Shown piece after piece: positions 1 through 8,601 of a DNA stretch of 32,000 bases. The stretch is taken from contig CP095464.1 in the NCBI GenBank assembly GCA_021294815.2, forward strand, positions 1-32,000. Direction: 5' to 3'. Below the pieces are notes generated by a model that saw only the letters and a list, made by a program, of their open reading frames with translations, searched no databases and had not been told where the DNA came from. The position numbers were made by a program, and so were the translations under genes. The DNA comes from Verrucomicrobiota bacterium. GTDB taxonomy: Bacteria; Verrucomicrobiota; Verrucomicrobiia; Opitutales; LL51. The stretch's first letter is position 1. Every line of letters starts with the position of its first letter.

Positions 1-128
1 TCTTCTATAAACTATCGTAAAATGAGCTCCCTGTAAGCGAGTATTGAAGCCGTTTGCAGGACGTTGCTAAAAAAATATCGATTTTGGCATTGCGTATCGC
101 TTGGAGTTGATTGATCTTTGTCGGTGGT

Positions 129-165
129 TGTGGGGACGCTTTATCTATGTGGGAATTGTGAATAA
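129..165. promoter_or_regulatory. DnaA-box-like cluster immediately upstream of the dnaA start
   Basis: TGTGAATAA at 157-165 is the reverse complement of TTATTCACA and fits the relaxed DnaA-box consensus TTATNCACA. Two weaker TGTGG-containing partial matches start at 129 and 148. Only one good box, so this is tentative. It is consistent with dnaA autoregulation rather than a full oriC. Confidence 0.35.
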
Positions 166-166
166 C

Positions 167-1525
167 ATGTCTGAAGAGCCAATAAGTGAGATCGGGGATG
201 CGCTGTGTCTCGTGAAATCTGAGTTGCGGAAAACATTCCAAGACGACGTGTATCAGACGTGGTTTGAATCGTTATCTCTCCTGGAGGAACACGAGGACCA
301 AATTGTACTCGGAGTGCCCAGTGATTTTGCAGCGATTTGGGTTAACGACAACTATCGTGACGTGATTGCACAAAAATTACAACTTGTTCTTGGCCGATCG
401 ATTGAGGTGTCCGTCCGTAGTAGTACGCAAACTTCCGAACCAGCACCATCGCGCAAAAAGCCTAAAACGGCAACGAGCAAAGAGGGGGAGATTGAGGAAG
501 GGTACATCTTAAATCCTAAAAATACATTTGAGAATTTTGTCGTTGGACCTGGCAATCAAATGGCACATGCCGCGTCGATCGCGATCGCGAATGCCCCAGG
601 AAAGGCTTATAATCCGCTGTTTTTATACGGCTGTACGGGATTGGGGAAGACTCACCTGATGCATGCCGTTGCGCACCAAGTTTTGGCGAATAACAAAAAG
701 GCAAAAATCGCTTACACCTCGACGGAAAAATTTACGAATGAGTTCATCCAGGCGATCCAAACCAATGCAATGACAAAATTTCGCAAAAAATACCGTAGTA
801 TCGATGTTTTTTTATTAGATGATGTTCACTTTTTATCAGGGAAGGAGCGAATCCAAGAGGAATTTTTCCATACCTTTAATGAGCTTTTTGAATCCCAAAA
901 ACAGATTTTTTTATGTAGTGATCGCCCGGCTTCGGAAATTGCTAAACTGGAGAGCCGTCTGGTATCACGCTTCCAATGGGGTTTGGTAACCGATATCCAG
1001 CCACCGGACCTTGAGACCCGTATTGCGATTCTTTCCAAAAAGGTCGAAGCGCTTAAAATTTCATTAGATTATGATGTACTGAGCTACATGGCCGAGCATG
1101 TGTCGACAAACGTTCGCCGCCTGGAAGGTGCCCTGACGCGTGTTGTTAGCTACATGCAGTTCTCGCATAGCAAGGTCGACATCAATGTTCTCCGACTTCT
1201 CATGAAGGATATTTTTCAGGAAGAGGTCGCGAATACGGTAACGATCGACGTGATTCAACAAAAGGTTGCTGAGTTTTATAATCTAAAAACGGCGGATTTA
1301 TTGGGAAAACGACGCCCTGCGAATATTGCTATGCCACGTCAAGTGGCGATGTATTTGAGCCGCGCGCTGACGCCGCAATCGCTTGTCGAAATCGGTCTAG
1401 CTTTTGGTGGCCGGGATCACGGAACGGTGATTCATGCGTGTAAGTCCATAGAAAATATGATGGATCAAGACGAGGTCATTAAAAGAAATGTTGAACATTT
1501 GAAAAAGATCCTAAAACGACAATAG
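167..1525 (+). CDS. dnaA: Chromosomal replication initiator protein DnaA
   Basis: The ORF opens at TTG 101, but ATG 167 (MSEEPISE...) gives a typical 452-aa DnaA. Walker A GCTGLGKTHL and Walker B FLLDDVHF are present. The C-terminal DNA-binding domain reads RRPANIAMPRQVAMYLSRALT...GGRDHGTVIHA. Confidence 0.97.
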   Translation: MSEEPISEIGDALCLVKSELRKTFQDDVYQTWFESLSLLEEHEDQIVLGVPSDFAAIWVNDNYRDVIAQKLQLVLGRSIEVSVRSSTQTSEPAPSRKKPKTATSKEGEIEEGYILNPKNTFENFVVGPGNQMAHAASIAIANAPGKAYNPLFLYGCTGLGKTHLMHAVAHQVLANNKKAKIAYTSTEKFTNEFIQAIQTNAMTKFRKKYRSIDVFLLDDVHFLSGKERIQEEFFHTFNELFESQKQIFLCSDRPASEIAKLESRLVSRFQWGLVTDIQPPDLETRIAILSKKVEALKISLDYDVLSYMAEHVSTNVRRLEGALTRVVSYMQFSHSKVDINVLRLLMKDIFQEEVANTVTIDVIQQKVAEFYNLKTADLLGKRRPANIAMPRQVAMYLSRALTPQSLVEIGLAFGGRDHGTVIHACKSIENMMDQDEVIKRNVEHLKKILKRQ

Positions 1526-1528
1526 CAT

Positions 1529-2851
1529 ATGAAGCAACGGACTATTTCGAGGGAAGTTTCCGTGCAGGGGGTTGGCCTTCATACGGGAAAGACTGTTAAG
1601 TTGACTTTTTTGCCAGCGCCCGCGGATACAGGAATTCTTTTCCGTCGCGTTGATCTTTTTGGCAAACCAGAGATTTGTCCGACAATTCAAAAAGTCGATG
1701 ATCTCGTCCGGTGCACTTCGGTACAGCTGGGTTCGGTCCACGTTGGAACAATCGAACACGTAATGAGTGCGCTTGCGGGGCTAAAAATCGATAACATCAT
1801 CATGGAGCTCGATGCCGAAGAGCCGCCCATATTAGATGGCTCCGCGAAATACTTCACGAATCTCCTGTACGAGGCAGAGCCCGTAGAGCTGGAGGTGGAA
1901 CGTAAGGTGTTTTCTCTACAGGAACCGATTTCGGTTACGGAAGGAAATCGTTCATTAATCGCACTTCCGTATGATGGTTTCAAGATCACGTGTACCTCGG
2001 CTGATGATCGAGGTATCCATACACAACACCTATCACTTGATATTACACCAGAGTGTTATGCCAGTGAGATTGCACCTGCGCGAACGTTTGCGATGTACGA
2101 GGATATCGAACCGCTCCTCGCATGTGGGAAAATCCAAGGTGGGAGCCTCGACTGCGCAGTTGTTATCAAAGGTGACCAGATTTTATCGAAAGAGCCATTG
2201 CGATTCCCGGATGAGTTTGTTCGGCATAAAATTCTCGACCTTATTGGAGATTTAGCGCTTTTAGGGATGGATCTTCGTTGTCATCTGATTGCGATTCGCC
2301 CTGGGCATGCGTTCAACGCAAAGCTTACAAAGCAGATTTTCGAACAATATAAGGAGAGTTATCAGCAGACGGCGCAAAAAAAAAAGTCCTCGCCGAGAGC
2401 CATTATCGCTGAAGATCCCTCTTTTGATACCATCAAAGTCTTAAATACATTACCGCATCGGTATCCCTTTCTGTTAATTGATCGCGTCGTTAAGTTTATT
2501 GGTGACGATTCGTTAGTCGCGCTCAAGAATGTAACGATCAATGAGCCGTATTTTGCAGGACACTACCCAGGACACCCGGTCATGCCGGGAGTCTTACAAA
2601 TCGAGGCGATGTCACAGGCAGCGGGAATTTTGATGCTCAAGCGGTACCAATACGAGTCGCGTCTAGCATACTTCATGAGTTGCGATAAGGTTAAATTTCG
2701 TAAGCCAGTGGTTCCAGGGGATCAGTTAGAAATCACGGTTAAGATTATACGTTACCGTGGGGATAAGATCGGTGTTGCGGCGGCGGAGTGCCGGGTTGCC
2801 GGTGAAGTAGTTTCTTCCGCCGAGTTGATGTTTTCGATTGTTAAAGCATGA
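1529..2851 (+). CDS. lpxC-fabZ: Bifunctional UDP-3-O-acyl-GlcNAc deacetylase / 3-hydroxyacyl-ACP dehydratase (LpxC-FabZ fusion)
   Basis: The N-terminal ~280 aa are LpxC-like ([32 protein letters not shown]). A Lys/Ser-rich linker ([12 protein letters not shown]) follows. The C-terminal part is FabZ ([33 protein letters not shown]). It starts 3 nt after the dnaA stop. Confidence 0.95.
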   Translation: MKQRTISREVSVQGVGLHTGKTVKLTFLPAPADTGILFRRVDLFGKPEICPTIQKVDDLVRCTSVQLGSVHVGTIEHVMSALAGLKIDNIIMELDAEEPPILDGSAKYFTNLLYEAEPVELEVERKVFSLQEPISVTEGNRSLIALPYDGFKITCTSADDRGIHTQHLSLDITPECYASEIAPARTFAMYEDIEPLLACGKIQGGSLDCAVVIKGDQILSKEPLRFPDEFVRHKILDLIGDLALLGMDLRCHLIAIRPGHAFNAKLTKQIFEQYKESYQQTAQKKKSSPRAIIAEDPSFDTIKVLNTLPHRYPFLLIDRVVKFIGDDSLVALKNVTINEPYFAGHYPGHPVMPGVLQIEAMSQAAGILMLKRYQYESRLAYFMSCDKVKFRKPVVPGDQLEITVKIIRYRGDKIGVAAAECRVAGEVVSSAELMFSIVKA

Positions 2852-3621
2852 CACAGATTCATCCCACAGCAGTCATTTCCTCCGGTGCAGAACTCACAGA
2901 TGATGTCGCAATTGGCGCTTTTGCTTACATTGGCCCGGAAGTTACGATTGGTTCAGGAACAATAGTCCATCATCACGCTTCTGTTGACGGGAATACTTCA
3001 GTCGGGGAGAAAAATACGATTTTTCCTTATGCGATGATTGGTGGTCAGACGCAAGATCTCAAATATAAGGGTGGGAGTCCTGGACTTTATATTGGTGACC
3101 GTAATATTTTTCGCGAATATGTCACGATCCACACAGCAACGGAGGAGGGGAACTGTACTCGAGTTGGCAATGATAATGCGATTTTAGCCTACGCGCATGT
3201 CGCGCATGACTGCGTTATTGGTAATCACGTGGTGATTAGTAGTTTATCAGCCCTCGCGGGGCATGTGGTATTGGGAAATTATGTCAACATTGCTTGGAAT
3301 GCCGGCGTGCATCAGTTTTGCCACATCGGTGATTACGCCATGCTTGCGGGATCCTCAAAGGCGGTTATGGATATTCTTCCGTTTATGATCGCAGAGGGGT
3401 TGCCCGCACGTACGCGTGCTTTCAACAAGATCGCTCTCGAGCGCAATGGATTTTCTCCAGAACGCATTGATACAGTGAAAGATATTTTTCGTGTCATTTT
3501 TCACTCCCGTGGCAATCGTGCGATGGCGTTTGAGACCCTACGTCGGCAGGAGACCCAAGATCCGGAGCTTTATCAACTTGTACTTGGAGGGATTCAGCGA
3601 GCACAGCGTGGGTTTTGTTAG
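2848..3621 (+). CDS. lpxA: Acyl-ACP--UDP-N-acetylglucosamine O-acyltransferase
   Basis: The 257-aa product opens with [13 protein letters not shown] and has left-handed beta-helix hexapeptide repeats plus an LpxA-type C-terminal helical domain. A 4-nt ATGA overlap joins it to lpxC-fabZ. Confidence 0.93.
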   Translation: MTQIHPTAVISSGAELTDDVAIGAFAYIGPEVTIGSGTIVHHHASVDGNTSVGEKNTIFPYAMIGGQTQDLKYKGGSPGLYIGDRNIFREYVTIHTATEEGNCTRVGNDNAILAYAHVAHDCVIGNHVVISSLSALAGHVVLGNYVNIAWNAGVHQFCHIGDYAMLAGSSKAVMDILPFMIAEGLPARTRAFNKIALERNGFSPERIDTVKDIFRVIFHSRGNRAMAFETLRRQETQDPELYQLVLGGIQRAQRGFC

Positions 3622-3632
3622 AAAAATTTTTC

Positions 3633-4055
3633 ATGAAGATCGAAACAACATTCGTTATTTTGAAGCCTGACTGTATGGAAAAACGGCTTCAGGGAGAGGT
3701 GATTCGCCGGCTTAATGAGCGGCAATTCGATATCGTCGCGTGTAAGATGGAACGACTTTCAGAAGATATTTTGAGAGAACATTACGCCCATCTTGTCGAC
3801 AAACCGTTTTTCCCGGAAATCGTCGAGTTTATGCGTTCGCGACCGGTGGTCTTCTTAGCAATCCGCGGAGAAAATGCGATTGAGACTGTCCGTGACCTCC
3901 TAGGACCTACCGATTCTACGGCGGCGCCCAAGGGGACGATTCGCAGGGATTTTGGAACAGACAAAATGCGTAATATCGCGCATGCGTCCGACAGCGCCGA
4001 CAGTGCACAACAAGAACTACGTCGGTTCTTTAAGCCCGAAGAGCTGTTTATCTAA
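3633..4055 (+). CDS. ndk: Nucleoside diphosphate kinase
   Basis: NDK family: TFVILKPD near the N-terminus and the active-site His in NIAHASDS. ATG 3633 is preferred over the TTG 3615 given in the ORF track. Confidence 0.95.
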   Translation: MKIETTFVILKPDCMEKRLQGEVIRRLNERQFDIVACKMERLSEDILREHYAHLVDKPFFPEIVEFMRSRPVVFLAIRGENAIETVRDLLGPTDSTAAPKGTIRRDFGTDKMRNIAHASDSADSAQQELRRFFKPEELFI

Positions 4056-4105
4056 CGGACTTGGCACTTGACAGGGGAACGGGTTTTTCAATCGTCCCTC
4101 AAGGC

Positions 4106-4189
4106 GCCCGGATGGCGGAATTGGCAGACGCGTCGGACTCAAAATCCGATTCCTTCACGGGAGTGAGGGTTCGACCCCCTCTCCGGGCA
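4106..4189 (+). tRNA. tRNA-Leu (anticodon CAA)
   Basis: Cloverleaf read by eye. The acceptor stem GCCCGGA/TCCGGGC has 7 bp. The anticodon arm is TCGGA-CTCAAAA-TCCGA, giving anticodon CAA. There is a long variable arm (class II tRNA), a T arm GAGGG-TTCGACC-CCCTC and discriminator A. CCA is not encoded. Confidence 0.9.
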
Positions 4190-4223
4190 CCCGATACCTT
4201 TCACGCACGCATCCAAAGTTATT

Positions 4224-5516
4224 CTAAGCTGATTGATGAGAACAAAATTGCTTTAGGAATATGTCTCGGCTGAGAATTTGTTTGCTTTTATGAAACACAT
4301 CGCGTAGAAAGATTGTTTCACTGCCACTTTCATAACGCGCGACCCAATGGGCCTTGGCGGCCTGCTTAAATTGCTTTTCTGGCGAAATTGTTTTGAGCGC
4401 GTAATCAACACGTTGTCCGTGCTGACGTAAAGTAATGATATCGCGCATCGCATTAGCTTCTGAAGCTGCGTCAAAAACTACAAAAATGTCGCAATTCGAC
4501 TCTGAAGAGGGTAACAGGTTATGTTCCGATAAAATATTTTGCAGTGTAACGTCTCCAAAGGCAAGTCCGACTGCGGGCGTCGAAGGATAACCAAATTTTT
4601 CGATGAGTTGATCATAGCGTCCGCCACCAGCAATCGCGCGAGATTTTCCAGAACGCTCGAAGATTTCAAACACAAAACCTGTGTAGTAGGCCAGCCCCCG
4701 GACGATCCCAAAATCGAGTGTGATGAAATCGCGTAAACCCATGTACTCGAGGCGTTGTAGCAAATTTTCGAGTACTGCTAAACGTTCTTGAATTACGGAA
4801 GTTTCCCGAAGGCTAGAGCTCAAAAATGTTTTAAGCACCCCAAGATTGTGAATATTTTGAAATGATTGAAGTTGGTCCCAGAGATTGATCGACGCAGGAG
4901 CAAACGGTAAAAGTTGTTCCCGAAGGACTTCCTCACTTTCTTTGCCGGCGTGGTCGACAATTGATAAAACCTGCGGAATTGATTTTGGAGCAACACCAAG
5001 GCCTTCGAGGAAAATTCTCCACAAAATACGATCACTAAGACGGATGTGAAAGTCACGTTCGGTGAGGCCCAGGGTCCTTAAAATACTAATCGCAACACTG
5101 AGCACTTCTGCTTCAGCACTGACACTGGGTTCATCGAAAATATCGATATTAAATTGATAAAACGAGCGAAGTCGTCCCTTTTGCGGGCGTTCATAACGGA
5201 AATTTTCCCCGATAGAAAACCATTTCAACGGGCGCTTAAGGCTATTAATTTTCGAGCCGATCATCCGTGCAACTGCGGGTGTCATCTCGGGGCGCATCGC
5301 AACAGCACGACCACCGCGATCGATGAAATTAAAGAGCTGTGTTGCAATTTCTGGCCCGGATTTTTCGGTATAGAGCTCAAGTGGTTCGAGAATCGGAGCA
5401 TCATATTCTTGGAAGCAAAAATTTTGACAGACCTGACGTACGGTCTGGAAAAGATAGTTGCGACGGGAACAGGCTTCGGGATAAAATTCGCGAAACCCGG
5501 GGAGAACTTCGATCAT
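4224..5516 (-). CDS. hisS: Histidine--tRNA ligase
   Basis: Class II aaRS motifs are present: FRYERPQKGRLRSFYQF, the HisRS signature AGGGRYD, and a C-terminal anticodon-binding domain (CDIFVVFD...). The ORF opens at 5552, but the conserved N-terminus (MIEVLPGFREFYPE) favours ATG 5516. Confidence 0.9.
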   Translation of the reverse strand: MIEVLPGFREFYPEACSRRNYLFQTVRQVCQNFCFQEYDAPILEPLELYTEKSGPEIATQLFNFIDRGGRAVAMRPEMTPAVARMIGSKINSLKRPLKWFSIGENFRYERPQKGRLRSFYQFNIDIFDEPSVSAEAEVLSVAISILRTLGLTERDFHIRLSDRILWRIFLEGLGVAPKSIPQVLSIVDHAGKESEEVLREQLLPFAPASINLWDQLQSFQNIHNLGVLKTFLSSSLRETSVIQERLAVLENLLQRLEYMGLRDFITLDFGIVRGLAYYTGFVFEIFERSGKSRAIAGGGRYDQLIEKFGYPSTPAVGLAFGDVTLQNILSEHNLLPSSESNCDIFVVFDAASEANAMRDIITLRQHGQRVDYALKTISPEKQFKQAAKAHWVARYESGSETIFLRDVFHKSKQILSRDIFLKQFCSHQSA

Positions 5517-5603
5517 GTGCCCCACGGCTAACGAATTTTCGTCAAGAATCAATAAGCCATTTTCAGCTTTACCTTTTGTAGGATTTTGTTATCCGCAGAC
5601 GGC

Positions 5604-6269
5604 ATGTCTGAAAAGATTGAGTGGTGTATCGCGTGTCTGAAAAACGATTATAAGTGGTGGGTCGAGAAACTCAGTAACGATGCGCACATCGACGGTGACT
5701 ACGCCGGAATTATCGATCCGCGACAATTTGAGCACCTCATCGAGCTCACCGCGCCACTCCAAAGCTACGGTCTCCGCAATGATCTCGTTGAGAATGCGTT
5801 TTTAAAGTTTCGAATCGTGGCAGCCCTCAGTAATAACCAAATTAAACTTGAATTTACGAACATCAAGGTATTCGATGCCGAAGAGCCGCTCTTTTTATTT
5901 CCGAATGGTGCCGCAGATAATGAGGGACCATACATGGAGTTAATTGATCATCTCATTCGTTTACGTGTCAAGTTGCTCAATGATCTTATTGATTTCAAGG
6001 TACCGTTAGACAGCGAAGAAATCGAGGAGGCAATTAAGGAAAAGTATCAGGAGAAGTACGTCGAAGGCAGCAATGTTCACGTCTTTGATGAGATCGTCGA
6101 TATTTTAGAGTACACGCCGGAAGGTTATGATTTAGGCGACAAAGGGGAATATACGGGCGACGAAGAAGAGGAATTTGAGGATGATTACCTCGATGATAAG
6201 GAAGAGTTTAACGACGAAGACGGGGCCTGGAATGAAGAATTACAGAAGCTGGAAGTTTTAGAGCCATGA
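5604..6269 (+). CDS. Hypothetical protein with a strongly acidic C-terminal tail
   Basis: I recognise no family. It is a clean ORF of 221 aa from ATG 5604. The last ~60 aa are dominated by D/E (GDEEEEFEDDYLDDKEEFNDEDG). Its stop overlaps the next start (ATGA). Confidence 0.6.
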   Translation: MSEKIEWCIACLKNDYKWWVEKLSNDAHIDGDYAGIIDPRQFEHLIELTAPLQSYGLRNDLVENAFLKFRIVAALSNNQIKLEFTNIKVFDAEEPLFLFPNGAADNEGPYMELIDHLIRLRVKLLNDLIDFKVPLDSEEIEEAIKEKYQEKYVEGSNVHVFDEIVDILEYTPEGYDLGDKGEYTGDEEEEFEDDYLDDKEEFNDEDGAWNEELQKLEVLEP

Positions 6270-6694
6270 TCGATATTCAAGCGCTCATCCCGCACCGCGA
6301 TCCTTTTTTGTTCGTTGATTCGGTTTTATCGTTGGAAGAAACATCGATTTTTGCCGAAAAAACCTTTCATGCTACAGATGATTTTTACCGGGGACACTAT
6401 CCCGGAAATCCCATTACACCGGGCGTTCTTTTATGTGAAACGGTTTTTCAAACGGCAGCAATCTTAGTGCTCAAAAAAGTTCCTTTGGAGCCAGGCATGA
6501 TGCCAGTCTTAGCCCGTATTGGAGATGCTCGGTTTAAAGCGATTGTTCGACCTGAGGAAAAACTCCACATTAAGGCACAACTCAATGAGCGCTGTGGGAA
6601 ATTTTTTCTAATGAGCGGGGAAATCCTCAAAGAATCTGATCGTAAGTTGGCTTTAAAAATCCAATTTTCACTCGCGCTTACCGAACGGGAGTAG
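6266..6694 (+). CDS. Stand-alone FabZ-like hotdog-fold 3-hydroxyacyl-ACP dehydratase
   Basis: LIPHRDPFLFVDSV and GHYPGNPITPGVLLCETVFQ match the FabZ/FabA catalytic His/Glu region. This is a second copy, in addition to the FabZ domain fused to LpxC. Confidence 0.8.
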   Translation: MIDIQALIPHRDPFLFVDSVLSLEETSIFAEKTFHATDDFYRGHYPGNPITPGVLLCETVFQTAAILVLKKVPLEPGMMPVLARIGDARFKAIVRPEEKLHIKAQLNERCGKFFLMSGEILKESDRKLALKIQFSLALTERE

Positions 6695-6715
6695 GGGAGC
6701 TGAGCTCCCTTTATT
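6695..6715 (+). terminator. Candidate intrinsic terminator after the FabZ-like gene
   Basis: A GC-rich hairpin GGGAGC-tga-GCTCCC (6-bp stem, 3-nt loop) starts 1 nt after the TAG stop and is followed by TTTATTAATT. It lies in the 19-nt gap facing the convergent thrS stop. Confidence 0.4.
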
Positions 6716-8522
6716 AATTCAGTTTCCTTGACTGTGCTTCTTCGACAATGAGTTGAATGGCATGATCGATCGAGGACGCTCCGTCTTTTTCTTTGTGATG
6801 GCGAGAACGAATTGTAACTTGATGTTGCGATTGTTCTTGAGGGCCAACGATGAACATGTAGGGCACTTTTTCGAGTTCCGCTTTGCGAATTTTTGCCCCC
6901 AATTTTTCGGGACTGGCATCCAGACTGGCGCGTAGTTTGGCTTCTTTAACTTGCGCTAGAATTTGCTGACCATATTCAATTTGTGCATCACCAAGCGTCA
7001 AAATGCGTACCTGCTCAGGGGCTAACCACGTCGGAAAATCACCGGCAAAGTGTTCGATCAGAAGTCCACAGAAGCGCTCCATAGAGCCAAAAGGTGCACG
7101 ATGGATCATAACTGGACGATGCGGCTGGTTGTCTGGACCGATATAGGTCAAATCAAACCGTTCAGGAAGGTTGTAATCAACTTGAATGGTACCTAATTGC
7201 CATTCGCGTCCGATGACATCTTTGACGACGAAATCGATCTTGGGGCCATAAAATGCCGCTTCACCGGGTTCAAGCGAGTAGGGTACCCCTAAGCCCTGTA
7301 CGGCTTCTTTGAGTGAACTCTCGGATTTCTCCCAAGCAGCGTCGCTTCCGATATATTTATCGGAGGCAGGATCGCGAAGGCTCACACGGACTTTGAATTC
7401 CGCCATACCGAGTGTTGCAAAGATGATTTTAACCAAATCGAGACATTCGGCGATTTCTTGGGGCAGTTGTTCTTCTGTACAGAAGATATGTGCATCATCT
7501 TGCGTAAATCCACGAACACGCGTCATCCCATTGAGTTCCCCGGATTGTTCCCAGCGATAAACGGTCCCAAACTCGGCGATTTTCATCGGAAGATCACGGT
7601 AGGAACGCCCCTTAGAGGCATAGATCCGAATATGCCCAGGACAATTCATCGGCTTTAACAGAAATCCATCGAAGTCTCCAGATTCAAGACCGGTCATCAG
7701 TTCGCGACAGGATATATGCGCGTTTTTTTCGAGGGTCGCGCGTTCAGCAATCGGTGGATATTGGGAGTCCTTATAGTAAGGGAAGTGTCCAGATGTCCGA
7801 AAGAGTCCCAATTTGGCAATATGTGGTGTCGAAACGAGTTGGTAATTTCGCTTTTCTAGTTCCTCGGAAATAAAGGACTGAAGAGCATTCTTAACAATCG
7901 TTCCCTTCGGAAGCCATAAGATAAGTCCCTGCCCAACAGCTTCATCAATGAGAAATAATTCTAGCTCTTTCCCTAATTTGCGGTGATCGCGCTTTTGTGC
8001 CTCCTCCCGCTGGTGAAGATAGTTCTCAAGCTCTTTTTTTGATGAAAATGCCACCCCGTAGATGCGTTGTAGCTGGGGATTGTGCTCGTCGCCACGGTAG
8101 TATACACCCGCAATGGATAAGAGTTTAAACGCCTTAATTTCAGCGGTATTATCGACATGAGGTCCACGACAGAGATCGATAAAGTCACCGTTTTGATAAA
8201 AGGAAATGACCTCACTCTCTGGGATATCGGCTAGGCGTTCGAGCTTAAACGTTTGATGATTTTTCGATAAAAAATCTTCGGCCTCGTGCCGACTCATTTC
8301 GGTACGGATAAAGTCCTGATGTTGATCGATAATACGCTGCATTTCGGCTTCGAGTCGCGTCAAATCCTCCGCCGTAAACGTGTGATCGAGGGAAAAATCG
8401 TAATAAAAACCCTCCTCCGTTTTCGGTCCGATATCGAACTTTACGTTTGGGAATAGATGTGCGACGGCGGCAGCGAGTACATGGGCTGCGGAATGCCGAA
8501 CTTTATCTGCGTTTTCTAACAT
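6714..8522 (-). CDS. thrS: Threonine--tRNA ligase (no N-terminal TGS domain)
   Basis: The protein starts in the editing domain (RHSAAHVLAAAV). Other matches are CRGPHV, KPMNCPGH, RVRGFTQDDAHIF and a C-terminal anticodon-binding domain. An in-frame TAG lies 4 codons upstream of the ATG, which excludes a longer N-terminus. Confidence 0.95.
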   Translation of the reverse strand: MLENADKVRHSAAHVLAAAVAHLFPNVKFDIGPKTEEGFYYDFSLDHTFTAEDLTRLEAEMQRIIDQHQDFIRTEMSRHEAEDFLSKNHQTFKLERLADIPESEVISFYQNGDFIDLCRGPHVDNTAEIKAFKLLSIAGVYYRGDEHNPQLQRIYGVAFSSKKELENYLHQREEAQKRDHRKLGKELELFLIDEAVGQGLILWLPKGTIVKNALQSFISEELEKRNYQLVSTPHIAKLGLFRTSGHFPYYKDSQYPPIAERATLEKNAHISCRELMTGLESGDFDGFLLKPMNCPGHIRIYASKGRSYRDLPMKIAEFGTVYRWEQSGELNGMTRVRGFTQDDAHIFCTEEQLPQEIAECLDLVKIIFATLGMAEFKVRVSLRDPASDKYIGSDAAWEKSESSLKEAVQGLGVPYSLEPGEAAFYGPKIDFVVKDVIGREWQLGTIQVDYNLPERFDLTYIGPDNQPHRPVMIHRAPFGSMERFCGLLIEHFAGDFPTWLAPEQVRILTLGDAQIEYGQQILAQVKEAKLRASLDASPEKLGAKIRKAELEKVPYMFIVGPQEQSQHQVTIRSRHHKEKDGASSIDHAIQLIVEEAQSRKLN

Positions 8523-8601
8523 AGACGACGCGGACTATGCTAAAGTCCGACGCAGCGTCAATGCGGTTTACTCATTTCGCATAATATATATTATGTCTTA
8601 T

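Noticed and set aside
5-241. A 78-aa minus-strand ORF at the window start.
   Set aside because: It overlaps the dnaA promoter region and the first 75 nt of dnaA in antisense. It has no recognisable motif and looks like a shadow ORF.
4061-4273. A 70-aa plus-strand ORF.
   Set aside because: It reads straight through the tRNA-Leu gene (4106-4189) and into the 3' end of hisS. It is an artefact of ORF calling.
8524-8560. The thrS leader hairpin as a true tRNA-Thr anticodon mimic (E. coli-type operator) or a T-box.
   Set aside because: The loop triplet is AGC rather than xGU. The 79-nt spacer is far too short for a T-box. I kept it only as a low-interest structural observation.
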